From: Selaginella moellendorffii
Lineage: Eukaryota > Plantae > Lycopodiophyta
Assembly: GCF_000143415.4 (NCBI RefSeq)
Contig: NW_003314273.1
Span: 1,580,052 to 1,644,051 of the forward strand
Reading direction: 5' to 3'
DNA: 64,000 nucleotides
Part shown: one piece after another, positions 23,252 to 35,032 of the stretch
How the letters are laid out: every line of letters begins with the position of its first letter
How positions within the stretch are numbered: the stretch's first letter is position 1
The notes under the pieces: generated by a model
Database searches by the model: none
What the model was told of the DNA's origin: nothing
The model's input: the letters and a program-made list of their open reading frames with translations, nothing else
Program-made: the position numbers and the translations under genes

Positions 23252-25423
23252 ACTCCACCACCCATAGAAGAAGTTCGATGCCCACATCTAACGTCTCTCT
23301 TTTTGATCTTACGACTTGTTGACCATGTCTCCGGGGGCATCCCCCCACTTAGCGGTGTGCATAAGTTAGCCTCCCCGGCCAAGAGCCCATGACAACGGAA
23401 TATAGGTGTCCCTATACTCCTCACCTCACCACGCCCTAGTATGGGGTCGGGACTTGAACCCAGCCTTCCTTTACTAGGGGGTTGGGACTTGAACCCAACC
23501 TCCGTAGAATACGTCTACAGATTCGACATCCCCGCAGGGAGTCGGGCGTAGCTCCCTACGCCTGGTCGACCTAGCTAACCCATGCTAATTAGCTTACCTT
23601 TGGCGCGCCTTCGGGTCCCAACATATGCCATTGCTCAACTTTACAAATTGATACTTTAATTGAACTTTCCATAAGTACATAGAGTTCAGCCTTGCAGAAA
23701 TTCCTCCACTAGATCTCGCGCGTTCGCCAGGTTCTCCTCCGGTTCCCATGTTGCTTCGCAGTGTGGAAATCCTTTCCACTTCACATGGAACTCTCTCACC
23801 TCGCGTCCTTGTCGCTTGCTCTTGCGCGCATTGAGGATGGCCTCGACTTTGTATTCCTCTTCCCCCTGAGTAACCTCAGGTAAGGGTCTTACTTGGTCCT
23901 TGCAAGCGGATCCTCAAAGTACGGCTTGAGTAAGTTCACGTGGAACACTAGGTGCATCTTCCCCATCTCTCGAGGAAGTCGGAGTTGGTAAGCCACTTTA
24001 CCGATTCATGCCTCAATCTCGTAAGGCCCCGCGAACCTGCTTAAGGAACTCAAGATCAATTCATTTACAGGATTACATGCATTTTTAGCTTTGGGTCAAC
24101 TTTCGGCTGATCCCACTTGGTAGCCTAGGGTTCTTGGTGTTCAGCCACACCTTCTCCCCAGCTTGGAACTCTATGTCCCGGCGCTTTTGCTTCGCGTACT
24201 TGGTTTGCCTTTGTTGAGCCCGTTCCAAGGAATCCCTCACTTGATTCCAAATGTTGAGTCTTTCCGCCGTGAATGCCTCTGCCGCGGGTAGCTCTCCATG
24301 ATACTCAGCCACGCCGAGTTCCACAGGACCTTCAATAGCTCGCCCATTGATGACTTCCCATGGACTCACCCCGATACTCGAATGTGGTGAGTTGTTATAA
24401 CACATTTCTGCAAGTCCCAAATGACTTACCCAATCGGTCTGGTCTGCTGAGACATAGCATCGCAAATAATCCTCCAGCTGCCTATTCACCCTTTCCGTTT
24501 GTCCGTCTGTCAAGAAATGTTAGTGCCATCAAACTTGACTTAATACCCCATACCTGTCTGTGGGTGATAGGCTGTGCTGAATTTCAACTTGGTACGATAC
24601 TGTTCCAGGAGAGTCCTCCAGAACCTACTAGTGAAGATCTTATCTCGATCTGAGATAATCTCTTCTGGCCTTCCCCGCACTCGAACCACTTGTTCGAAGA
24701 ACAGCTTCGCCACACCTTCCGCATCCACTTCCATTGTGGTGGGTATGAAATGTGCCATTTTCGAAAATCGGTCCACCACCATGAATATCGCATCAAACCC
24801 CTCGCTTGGGGGGAGTCCCGTGATGAAGTCCATCGTAAGACATTTCCACGGACGATCTGGAATTGGGATGCTTTGCAACAAGCCCCCACTAGCCTTAGTC
24901 ACGGCTTTGACCTGCTGACATGTTGGACATGTCTTTACATAGTCTTGGACGTCCTTAGCCATATCTGGCCAAAGCTCTATTTCGTTAAAGTGGGAATTGT
25001 CATTATCCCACTTGTAAAATAAGGTTTCCAAACCTTTATATAGTATATAAATATAACAAAATTCCATTGCATTGAGGCACATGCCATTTTATTTTAAACA
25101 AGGAAATGTCTACTCAATCACTTCTCCTCCCCCTGCCACTGCTTCACCTCTCTCTTCTCCCTGTCATCGTCGTCTAATTTCTTTCCATCCTTTTAATATT
25201 GGCTCAGTTGCTCCGAGTCTAGGTGGAGCCCAAGTCCCCATTCAATCTTTACTTTCCCCTTATTAATAAAACAACTTCGTAGACTTCCAATAACATGCTG
25301 TAACACGCTGTAACACTTCTAGTATAATGCAAATCCTCTCAAAGAATTGTCTTTTAATATTAATACAATGGCATGGAACCCCATGCCATAATAAGTTACA
25401 TTTTTAAATAAATACATGCCATC

Positions 25424-26286
25424 TCAGACTGTTATTTTTTGCCTCCAACGCCTATACAATAATCTTGGAATTTCATCACTCTCCACACTATCAGGATTTA
25501 AACCCAATAGTAATGCCATCTCTTCTCTAATACGTCCACGCTCATGTTCAGTGGTCGAAGAACCCATCCGGTTGAGCAGATTATGGAGATGCGGATAGTG
25601 CTTGGCTAGACAATATACATGCCATAAATGATGACTGGTGTCTGTCCGATCAAATGGCTTCTGATATACCGTTCCATCTGCCATTTGGTTGATTTCTGCA
25701 GCCACCTCCTGGACTGGCCGGTTCTCTATCACCATCGCTCCAAGCCGTTTTGCAAGGTCCCCCAGAACATACAGTTTCTTCTCCCTAGTTTCCATATTGC
25801 AAGAGATGAGGTGCATTGCATATGTGTGCGTGTTCGCTGCAGTTTTAATCAGCGAGTCATCGATGATGAGGATTTCACTTGACCTAGCAGTCCGGTTCAT
25901 CACTACAGCCTCTGGCTTAATGAAGATGGGCTTGCTACCCCTCACATAGACCATAGTCAAGCAATCCTCCTGCGTTAGGAGAAAGTCAAATGGTAATATT
26001 ACTCGCGTCTGATCGTGCATCATCTGTAGCAACGTTAATGCATTGTGGCGCATCATGGATGTCCAAACTCCCAATTGCAAATTGAACCCGGCCCTCTGTT
26101 TTAAGTGTCGCATGGTCATTATTAAATCCCGCAGTTTCTCCCGTGTGATTAATGTGAATCTGTCTCTTTTGACCAACTTGCGACCGCAGGCTTTGGAGGG
26201 TGCAGTGACATTCGAGGACGAGCCACGCTCATGGGAGAAAAGGACACCGTTCAGATCAAAAACGATACAGTACCTTCGCCGTGACT
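25424..26286 (-). CDS. FCP1/NIF-like HAD phosphatase-fold domain (terminal exon of element-D gene)
   Basis: IVFDLNGVLF (motif I, DxN), LGVWTS (motif II), FLLTQEDC, KPIFIK, ILIIDDSLIK (motif IV). Preceded by intron 26287-26333. Confidence 0.75.
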
Positions 26287-29200
26287 CTGAAATGAAATGC
26301 GTCAGCATAAAAAATGGTACAAGTCAATTTTACCATCTACAATATTAGCGAATGGTGCTCCCGATGGTTGTTGAGAGGGTTTTGGTCGAGGAAACGTGAA
26401 GGGCGGAAATACTCTCCTCTGCAATGTGGGGTCAATCGCATCCGATGGCGTGTGGGCACATGCCATTTCAGCTGTAGACTCTGGTACAACTGGCTCAACA
26501 GTGGCATGGGGTGGTTCCGATGGCGTGTGATCACACGCCATTTCAGTTGGTGCCTCCGTTGGCAAAGTGGACATGACCGAACAGGTAGCAGGGGCGGTGT
26601 AGGGAGGTTCCAACGGCGCATAGTCAGACGATTGGGCACACGTTGAGTCCGTTGGAAATGAGGATACGACCAGCTCGGCGGCTGGGGCGGCCTCATGCGG
26701 GTCCAATGGCGCCTGGTCACCGTCAGTTGGATACGTGGACAAGATTGACTCAGTGGTATGGGCAGCATCAAGTGGAGCGTGGTCAGCTTGCTTGGCGTTG
26801 ATATGGATAGTAGCCTCCACCAGCTCTGATGACTCTTGCAGGCAAGTAGAGTCCACTGGCAGATCCATATGCATGTCCAAATATCTCCCTTCGATTGAGA
26901 TGGTATCCTCCCGTGCTACTAAAAACAAACTCATTAGCACATTGAATCGACTATACTGTATTTACCATCAACTGCTATTGAGGAACTAGGACCGATATCA
27001 CTTGGGCGCACTGCTGATTCTGAAGGATTGGACATACGTTTCGACCCTTGCTTGGCACTATCCTTCCTCGACACTAAAGGCTAGAGTTTGTATCTTAATT
27101 CAACTGAATAATCTCTACTTACCATTTGCTCTGCGACCTACATGGACAATGTTAGAAATGGTAAAAGGTTAGGAATGGATGTACTATTATTTACCTGATG
27201 GTTTGTCTTGTATGACCTTCCTCCGCTACTCTTTGGCCACCTCAGGCTGGCCATCGTCGTCATCATCGTCGTCGTCGTTATTGTGATCGTCACCATTGTG
27301 AGGACCATCCAAGTCCTCTTCGTCCTCCTCTTCTTCGTCCTCCTCTTCTTTGTCCTCCTCTTCGTCCTTCTGCTCTTCCTGCTCATTATCTTTCTCTGGC
27401 TCCTCATCCCCCTCCTGCATTTCTTCCATAGGCTGCTCAGGCTGGATGGCTTGTTCTTCTAGGACCATCTTGGGAAAATCATCTGGCCGAGTCTCCATCT
27501 CAAAATACAAGACATCCATAGCCTGTTTTAGTGCGTGACCTAGGACCGTATCCTCACCCGACTGTCTTAACATGGTTTCTACACGTTCTTGCACCCTTCG
27601 AAGACGACGAGATGAGAAAAACGTGGCCCTGACTTGAAAAGCATCCCTCATCTATTGTGCCTCTCCATTGAGATTGGGGAAGGGGAGTCCGCCATAGGAA
27701 TCTGAGTCAGGAGGTGGTGACTGGCTGCTTTTACTCAGCCCTTGATCTGCAATGAATGGCATGAGCACACACGCCATAACCGCGAGGCATTACCTATCAT
27801 CTTTTCGTTGCCCTTCTTCCTTTTCGAATCAAACGCCTCTGATCCCGACAATTGTCCAACGTGCTTTCGCTTTTTATGACCACTGTCAGTTTGAGCTTGA
27901 TCTGCAAGAAATGGCATGAGGACCCACGCAATAACCATGACGCTTTACTTCCCGTCCTTGGAGGCTCTGTCGTGCCTTCCGCATCCTCAGGTGCCTGCTC
28001 CTCAATTCCCTTTCGCTTTCGTTTCTTATGCGCCCGTTCTACAGAAATAGCATGAGGACATACGCGATAAGCACACAAATGCTTTTACCCTTCCTCCTCT
28101 GCCCTGGTCGGTTGTCCATCTCTTTGTCTACAGCGTCTGAAAGTTGTTTTGCAGGTAGCCTAATTCGAGGTTCACGATGTCTCCTTGGCACTTAAACTAT
28201 ATATTATTGCATCAACACATGCAACATCCCATAATATTTTTAAGTTACCTTTCATAAATTTTTCCATTGGTTCAACTCGTTCCCCTGAAATACAAACTTA
28301 GATAAGTGCATGGGGCCATATGTCATGATCGTACCTATTTCGGAACTCTCCTTATCACTCTCCGAGGCCTCCCCCTCCTCCACTGGAGGCACGTTGTTCC
28401 GTTCGATTTCCTCGACGCGATCTGCAAGAACATTAGTTAATTGCGTGGGGCCACACGCCATCAAACCTTCAAGTTCTTGTCGTGAGGTCTGCGCTACTTG
28501 CCCTAGTCTCTTTGGAATTTGAGCTGCAAGAAGCAATGGCATGAGAATTCACGTATAACAAAAATGATTGGTACCTCTCGTCCGTTGTACTTGGCTGGTG
28601 CTTGCCTGTTTTGCCTTTGAAGAGGTGTCTCCTACAAGGAATGGCATGAGACCACACGCCATTGCAAATATAATTTGTACCTCCTTTTTTCCTATTGCTT
28701 GTCTGTTTGTCCTTCTTCGACACGCCACCAGTGCGCTTTTCAGTCCTCGTGTCTGAATATTCACAACGATCTATAATCAAAATGGCGTGAGGCCTCACGT
28801 GACCTTACCTTGTGCAGGTTGTGAGCTCGGCCTAACATCAGTAGCTGTTAACGCCGTTTCAGCATCTGGGGGTGGCCACGCTCCTGCATACAGAGCTTGT
28901 GAGATAACATTTAAACTTAAAGTGCGTACTCACCAGGTTCGCAGAGAAGACAAGGGCGAGTGTGAAGATGCGGACATTCGTCGGTATCTTCTTCTTAGCC
29001 ATTATCCCATGGATCTCCCGCATCTCCTTGCCTTTCAACCGAGCCTTCACCTCGTTCAAGGCCTTCCAGAACTTGTGATAGGATTCGGAGTCGTAGATCA
29101 TATAGTGGACTGAAGATTCCACCTCCGCAAGTCCCACCATTAAGTCAATGATGGAGCTGACTTCGTCTGCATGAGTGATCTCCTCGTTTGTGAAGTCCAT

Positions 29201-31369
29201 CACACAAAAGATGTTCTTGACCTGCTCATCTCCGCGGGAAACGATGCTCCTCCACCTTTGATCCTCATCCGAATTCACGTATACCTGGTAAGGTTCTCGA
29301 TAGGCCTCTGCTGCGGGGCCGAGCTGTTTCTGAAGCCGGCTGTCGACATCCCTCTTAATGAAATTTGGATATTGATCCAACTTCTCAGCTTTACTTTTCA
29401 TGGCATCCTGCAGCAGATCGATGAACTTGGGGGCCCCCTTCACGTACTCGTCGATGTCTTCATTTGACAACTCCAGCTCTTCCATCATCTCTTGCGTGGT
29501 GTCGATGCTCACCCTCTCCACGGCCACTTGCTCGAAGATCCAATCCTTCAATAGCGCACGAGCTCTCAGAGTCGTGCACAAGTCCTCGTATGTCACAATA
29601 TGGCCGGGAGTCATTTTGGTCTTGTTGAAGACTACCTCACCACGTAGAAGAGCATTAGCCACTGTCAGAAGGTCGTCGTCGTCTAGAGACCGCGAGAAAC
29701 GCAAGGCGTTGAGCTTCAAATCATTGGGCTTCCGGCCGTCCTCCACACCCATTGAGTTTAGCAACTCCCCGTCATGGTACCTCCTCAGCACATCTACCCA
29801 TTTGTCAAAAACAACTTTTGTCGCGAGTAGAATGTTATGGATGCTGAGTGTGTCATTGACCCCCAGTGTTTTCGAGAGAAGACTCGAGAATTCCTGCAAT
29901 GGAAATGGCGTGAGGCCACATGCTATGCCACATGCAACGAGGCTTACCTGCCAGGCGCTAGTTGCTAGTGCACGTCCTTGTCCTTGTTTTTGTGGCTTCT
30001 TCAGTTGAACCCAGAGCTTCCGTGTTCGTGCCAATGTCTCGTGCAGACCCGATTTGTAGCATGTTTCTTGCTTGACATTCTGCGCGTGGGAGATGTATAT
30101 GATAGATCGGAGGGGCGAGTTGCCTTTTATCAGGCGGACAACTCTTGTCTTGAAGACTTTCTTCACCTCCTCGCCCACCATAATATCCACAACTATCTGT
30201 TGCATCGCCAAGCTAGAATGCTGCCCGGAGACGGCATAGAACTGGATGTTCTGATTGTCCAACACCTTCCTATTGATCAAGTCTGGAAACCTCATCTCGC
30301 CCTTCATTGTTCGGTAGTAGGGGAACACGGCTGCGATGTCGGGTGTTACTGGACTTGCCAGCATCTTCTGCTTCAGTTTCTCCACCCACTCATCAGATCC
30401 TAGCCTGTGGTTGTATTTGCTTTGGATGTCGATGTGGCTCACGTCGATTGTATATACTTTGTTGGAATAGTAACAAGTACTATTATCTGCGACGATTTTT
30501 GCTGCCTCTTCTTGCTCTTTCTGCTCTTTGCGGCTCTTCTTTTTGGTGGGTGTAGTGTTCGAACCCGAGGCAATGGCATCACTGAGTAGCTTCCTTTTTG
30601 GAGCAGGAGAGTTGGACGTCGGCTTGAGCTTGACCACCCTTTTCTGCTTCGGGGTAGTTTCCAGATCAACCCCCCTTCCCCTTCGCTTCGTGAACTGGAG
30701 TCACTCTCAACGGCTCAATGTTGGAATATAGTTTTTGAACATCGCCGTAGGTGAGATCCGTGGATTCCATGTGATCTTCATAGACCCGCAGCGTCTTTGA
30801 AATTGTGGGCCTCCTGGACAACCTCTCCCTAGCTCCCTCTAGGAATTCCTCATAGCCACTGCCCCCCTCCGGGAAGCCGCTAGGATGTGCAAGGTGGATC
30901 TTGAAGGCGGACGCTGTCTCTACCACAAGTGCCAGTCCATATTCTTGCATGGAACTGCATGGAGTGTCTATCACTTGGATGAGGATCCCCATGCATTCTT
31001 TTCTCCCACCATCTGTGTTGTACAGCCTCAGATCCTCGCCTTCCATCCCAAAAGTCCAACTGGTGAGCTCCTCCCCCTTCTCTGCATCCACATTGACAGT
31101 GGCTGGAAGAAGAACGCAATTCCTCGCCTGTTCAGAAATGCACAACAATTAGAGCTGACAGATGAAAAGCTAGCAGCTGGAAATAACGTGAGGCCACACG
31201 CCATTCACCACTGCATCAGATGTCTTGAGGCTGCATCCTAAGATGGCGTGAGGCTACACGCCATCTGTAACCGGAATGCACTCGAGAGCCCAATCGGTGC
31301 ATGCCAATGTTGCTACTGAATGGCATGTGGCCTCATGCCATTTTCTACTTGGCCTAAAAGACTTACCAT
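25424..31369 (-). pseudogene. Multi-exon element-D cargo gene: ParB/Srx-like domain, charged/acidic linker, Pro/Thr repeats, FCP1-like domain (possibly two genes)
   Basis: ORFs 30666-31148 and 28859-30637 are joined by a 1-nt shift in a G run near 30670. YTIDVSHI...NHRL.SDEWVEKLKQKML...FYAVSGQHSSLAM resembles ParB-N. Many GT-AG introns of 38-54 nt. A few TAG stops. Start codon tentative. Confidence 0.6.
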
Positions 31370-33214
31370 TTCAAGCCGAATGGAGGCGTGACAATCGAGG
31401 CCGGACTCGCTGGCGAATGTGCACTGTGTGTGCAGCGGATTGTAACAGCAAGGCTACTCGGCCACTTACAATTGGAGAGTGGCGCTGAAATCTCTCGGGA
31501 CGCCAAGTGGGCTGCGTGTGGGTGGCGGAGTGGGCGGCGGAGTTGGCGGCAAAGTTACAAACTGGGTGTGTCTTGAAGTGGACGCCGATGCACACGAGCG
31601 CGATGCGAGCACGAGTGTGATGCAAGCGCGAGTGGATGCCGATGCACACGAGAAACCTGTAGAGAAGGTAGATGAGCGCGAATGTGAGCGTGATCGCGAG
31701 TGGGAGCGCGATGCGAGTGCGAGTACGAAGCAAAATGCAAAACCTAACCTCACACGCGCGAAATGTCACGACGGTTGGTAATCCCGCAACATCATCATTC
31801 CTCGGACTTGGGCGCCACCATTAATTTCTGGATCGCCGCGCGCATGCATGCACGTGAAATCCAAAAGAAATCCGCAACGTTATCATTCCTCGGACTGCAT
31901 ACACGCGAAATCCAAAAGAAAGATCATGATTGAGATATCATTTAATACCCTCGCTATATTTATACCATGCATGATTGGATATTCCAAAGCATCTTGTATT
32001 TCCAAAAATGCCAGATGTTCAGCTAAATAAAGAATGGTATACAATGTCCTTCTTGATGACCCTGCAAAGAAGCATCTCAATCGGACACCACATGAGACCA
32101 TACGAGCCTTACAATGTTTCAGGGGCATTTGCCATAGATCCGACCGTTATTTTGCTCCAAGATTCTATAGTTTGGTGTGCATTGACCTTTCCATTGACAC
32201 TGCAAAGGGACATCACAATCAGATGCGGGATCACAAGAAACCAACTTCACTAACTCTAGTTTCACCAAGATCTATGTAAGGAGTTATGAAATGAAAGGAC
32301 CCTCTTTATTGAAATGTGTTTATGGTCTTAGGGGCATTGTGACATATCAAAGGATTTTGCATCAAGTTCTATATTTGCATGTTTATCAAGCTACTGAATT
32401 GCTAAACCCTAAACCCTCCCTAAATATGTGGCAAATGTTGCGTGAAGAAAGATGCCCTTTCTGGGCAAATGCTGTAAGAGGCAGTTGCCGAGCAGTTACA
32501 CGGCGAATAATCTTGGCACGGATCGCTGACATGGCATGGCAAAGTTCGAATCACTGACATGGCACAGCTGGATCGAGGCAAGGACATGATGTGACAAAGT
32601 TCAACCTCCGACAGCAAAGTCTAGACGCTACTCAGTTTGAAATTTGTCAGAGGAATCATAAAATCTGGTTTGTCAGAGGATTTGATGTGACGTTCAAGCG
32701 TGTGTTATTTTTGAATTCTCGAACTCATTCCTAGGTCTATCATTTTTGTGCGCCGTGTTCTTGGTTCCACTGAGCGCAATGAGCGCTGCTTGTGTAAGCG
32801 GCATTGTGAGCTGTGGTTTATGCGTCTACGAGCGGTTGCGGCATTGCGAGCGCCATTGCGAGCGGCAGTTTATGCGAGTGGCAGTTTGTGCGAGCGGCAC
32901 TACGAGCAGTTGCGGTGGTGCGAGCGGTGCTACAGTACCACTAATGGTATGAGGGCTCATGCCATCTTGGGGCTTGCAAGTTCATCACTAGCATATTGCC
33001 AATAGTTTCTTTACCTACCTGTAGCTGTGTGTTTATCAAGATGGCATGAGGCCTCATGCCAATTTTGTGAATGCGAAATTTCACGTGGGTGTCAATAGCA
33101 TGTTTGAATAATGGCATGTGGCCTCATGCTATTGAGGTTGTTTAATATGTTATGATTTAGGCCATTCTCCAATTATTTTTTGTATGGTCTTAACTTCTTT
33201 TCTGCACTTTCAGA

Positions 33215-34051
33215 ATGGCCTTCAGGGTTGGGGAAAAGGTTTACATTTTGAATGGTGGGAAGAGAGTTGCAAAAGGGACCCTTGTGTCTATGGATCGGAA
33301 CTTTGTTATACACTGTCAAAGGCTTGGGGAAGGCAATGCTGCTGTATCAGTAGAGACTGTCTTCGATGGGAATGTGGTCGCTATTGAACGAGGAGAGATG
33401 GTAGTCGGGGTAAATGTTGTTGTTGCCTTGAAAAATCTTCAGAAGAAAGCAGATGTTGGGGACAGCGCAAGTGCGACGCATGTTCCCTCCATGGATCTTA
33501 AGAACTGTGCTACATGGATTCAGGCAAAGGTGTTTCTAAACAACCCCGAGGGGGAGGTGGTAGCTGAGGGCTTAGCCACAGTTGTCGATCCAAGAGATGC
33601 GGTTGCTAATCAAGAATTGGGCTAGGATGATATTGGAGTTGCGATTTTAGAGGTTGTTGACATAGAAGAAAACAGTCTGACTATTGGAAGCATTGTGCGG
33701 TGGAAATTGAGGCATTTAGTGTTTGAGAATGTGAAGGATTCACAATCAAACACCATTACAACTGATGACAGAACATCTCTTCATGGGAAAAGAAAGTACA
33801 CCTTCCTAAAGCGCAGCCAAAGGGATCTGAGCAACGAACCGAAAAGGCAGAAAATGGCGATGGAGGTTCGAATGGTCTCGACAGTTACTTGTTGCAAGAG
33901 GAGGTGTTGTCAACATGCTGATTGGGATGCTATTGAAGAGGAGAGAGCAAGATACAAGACATGGTTGGATGCGAAAGCAGAGTGCCACCATCACCTTGCC
34001 AGACCATGCAAGAGATGCAGCAAGGGCATTCATAACCCGGGTTCAAGGTGA
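33215..34051 (+). pseudogene. Truncated putative transposase(-associated) gene of element D
   Basis: Acceptor TTTCAG precedes the ATG. Two repeats resemble the Tnp1/En/Spm-associated domain (RVAKGTL...LGEGNAAVSVETV; EVVAEG...LG*DDIGVAILEV...IVRW). A CCKRRCCQH motif follows. One in-frame TAG at 33623. No DDE core visible. Confidence 0.5.
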
Positions 34052-34774
34052 GATTCATTAATATTCCTTTACTAAGTTTCTAATGTATTTTATTTCAAGG
34101 TGAACAATCCGAATCTGAATCAGAGGAGGCGTGATGGCATGTGGCCTTACGCCATTCCTAGGTGAGATGATACAAATAACAAGTATAAATTCTTAGTTGT
34201 TCTAGCAAATCTTACTTAAAGTTCAAGGTGAACAAGCCGAATATGAATTCATCGGATTGTTATAACAAATTGCGAGGTGATGGCATGAGGCAATACACCA
34301 TTTGAGAGTGGTAGCCATTCCTATATGAGGTGAGTGAAATATTTATTAGAAATACCTCATTCAATTGTGCACTTCTAAGTCTTGGTCCACTCAGTACTGT
34401 TTGCATGTTTCTATTTTAATTCTTTCTCTAAAATGTTATTTAGCATGTGGCTTCATGCCATTGTTCTCCACAATCATACATTGAATTTTTCTATCCTTGC
34501 ATAATACTTCTCCATATATATAGCATGTGCGCACATGTGATATGGTTCATTAGGCCTGATATAGTGTGTGAGGTAAAACAAAGATGATGTGACATATGCA
34601 TTTACCAATCACACGTGCATAAATCTAATAATATGGCATGTGGCCCATATTAATGGCACATAAACCCATATTGTGGGCTTACATGCTTTATATACCATCA
34701 TTCCCTTGCAGCGTGTGTGTTGGTTTCCTTTTATAACACAACGAACTCCATATTTTAGGGTGAAGAGTGTTCTC

Positions 34775-35032
34775 ATGGCAAGCACAAAATCTGTAAGTGA
34801 GGCAGAAAAGGAGACGGAGAAGGAGATATGTGAAGATGTAGAATATATAAGTCTTCCAAACTCCCCATACTATACTCCAGGTGATCATTTTTCTGAACAA
34901 ACGGCAACATTAACAACTATCGAGAACGCCCCAGTAACGTCAGAGACAACAATCCAAAACAAAACAACTGACCCGGAGAAGGATGATAGTACCGCTGAGA
35001 GTACCAAAAAGGAGGTGTCCACTAGCGCTTAG
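34775..35032 (+). CDS. Small acidic/Thr-rich ORF in element D
   Basis: MASTKSVSEAEKETEKEICEDVEY...; coding-like composition in an AT-rich zone, flanked by palindrome copies; no recognised domain. Confidence 0.3.
   Translation: MASTKSVSEAEKETEKEICEDVEYISLPNSPYYTPGDHFSEQTATLTTIENAPVTSETTIQNKTTDPEKDDSTAESTKKEVSTSA

Noticed and set aside
31371-31781. Overlapping ORFs in D's spacer as genes
   Set aside because: Low-complexity CG-rich repeats open in most frames; more likely promoter or UTR.
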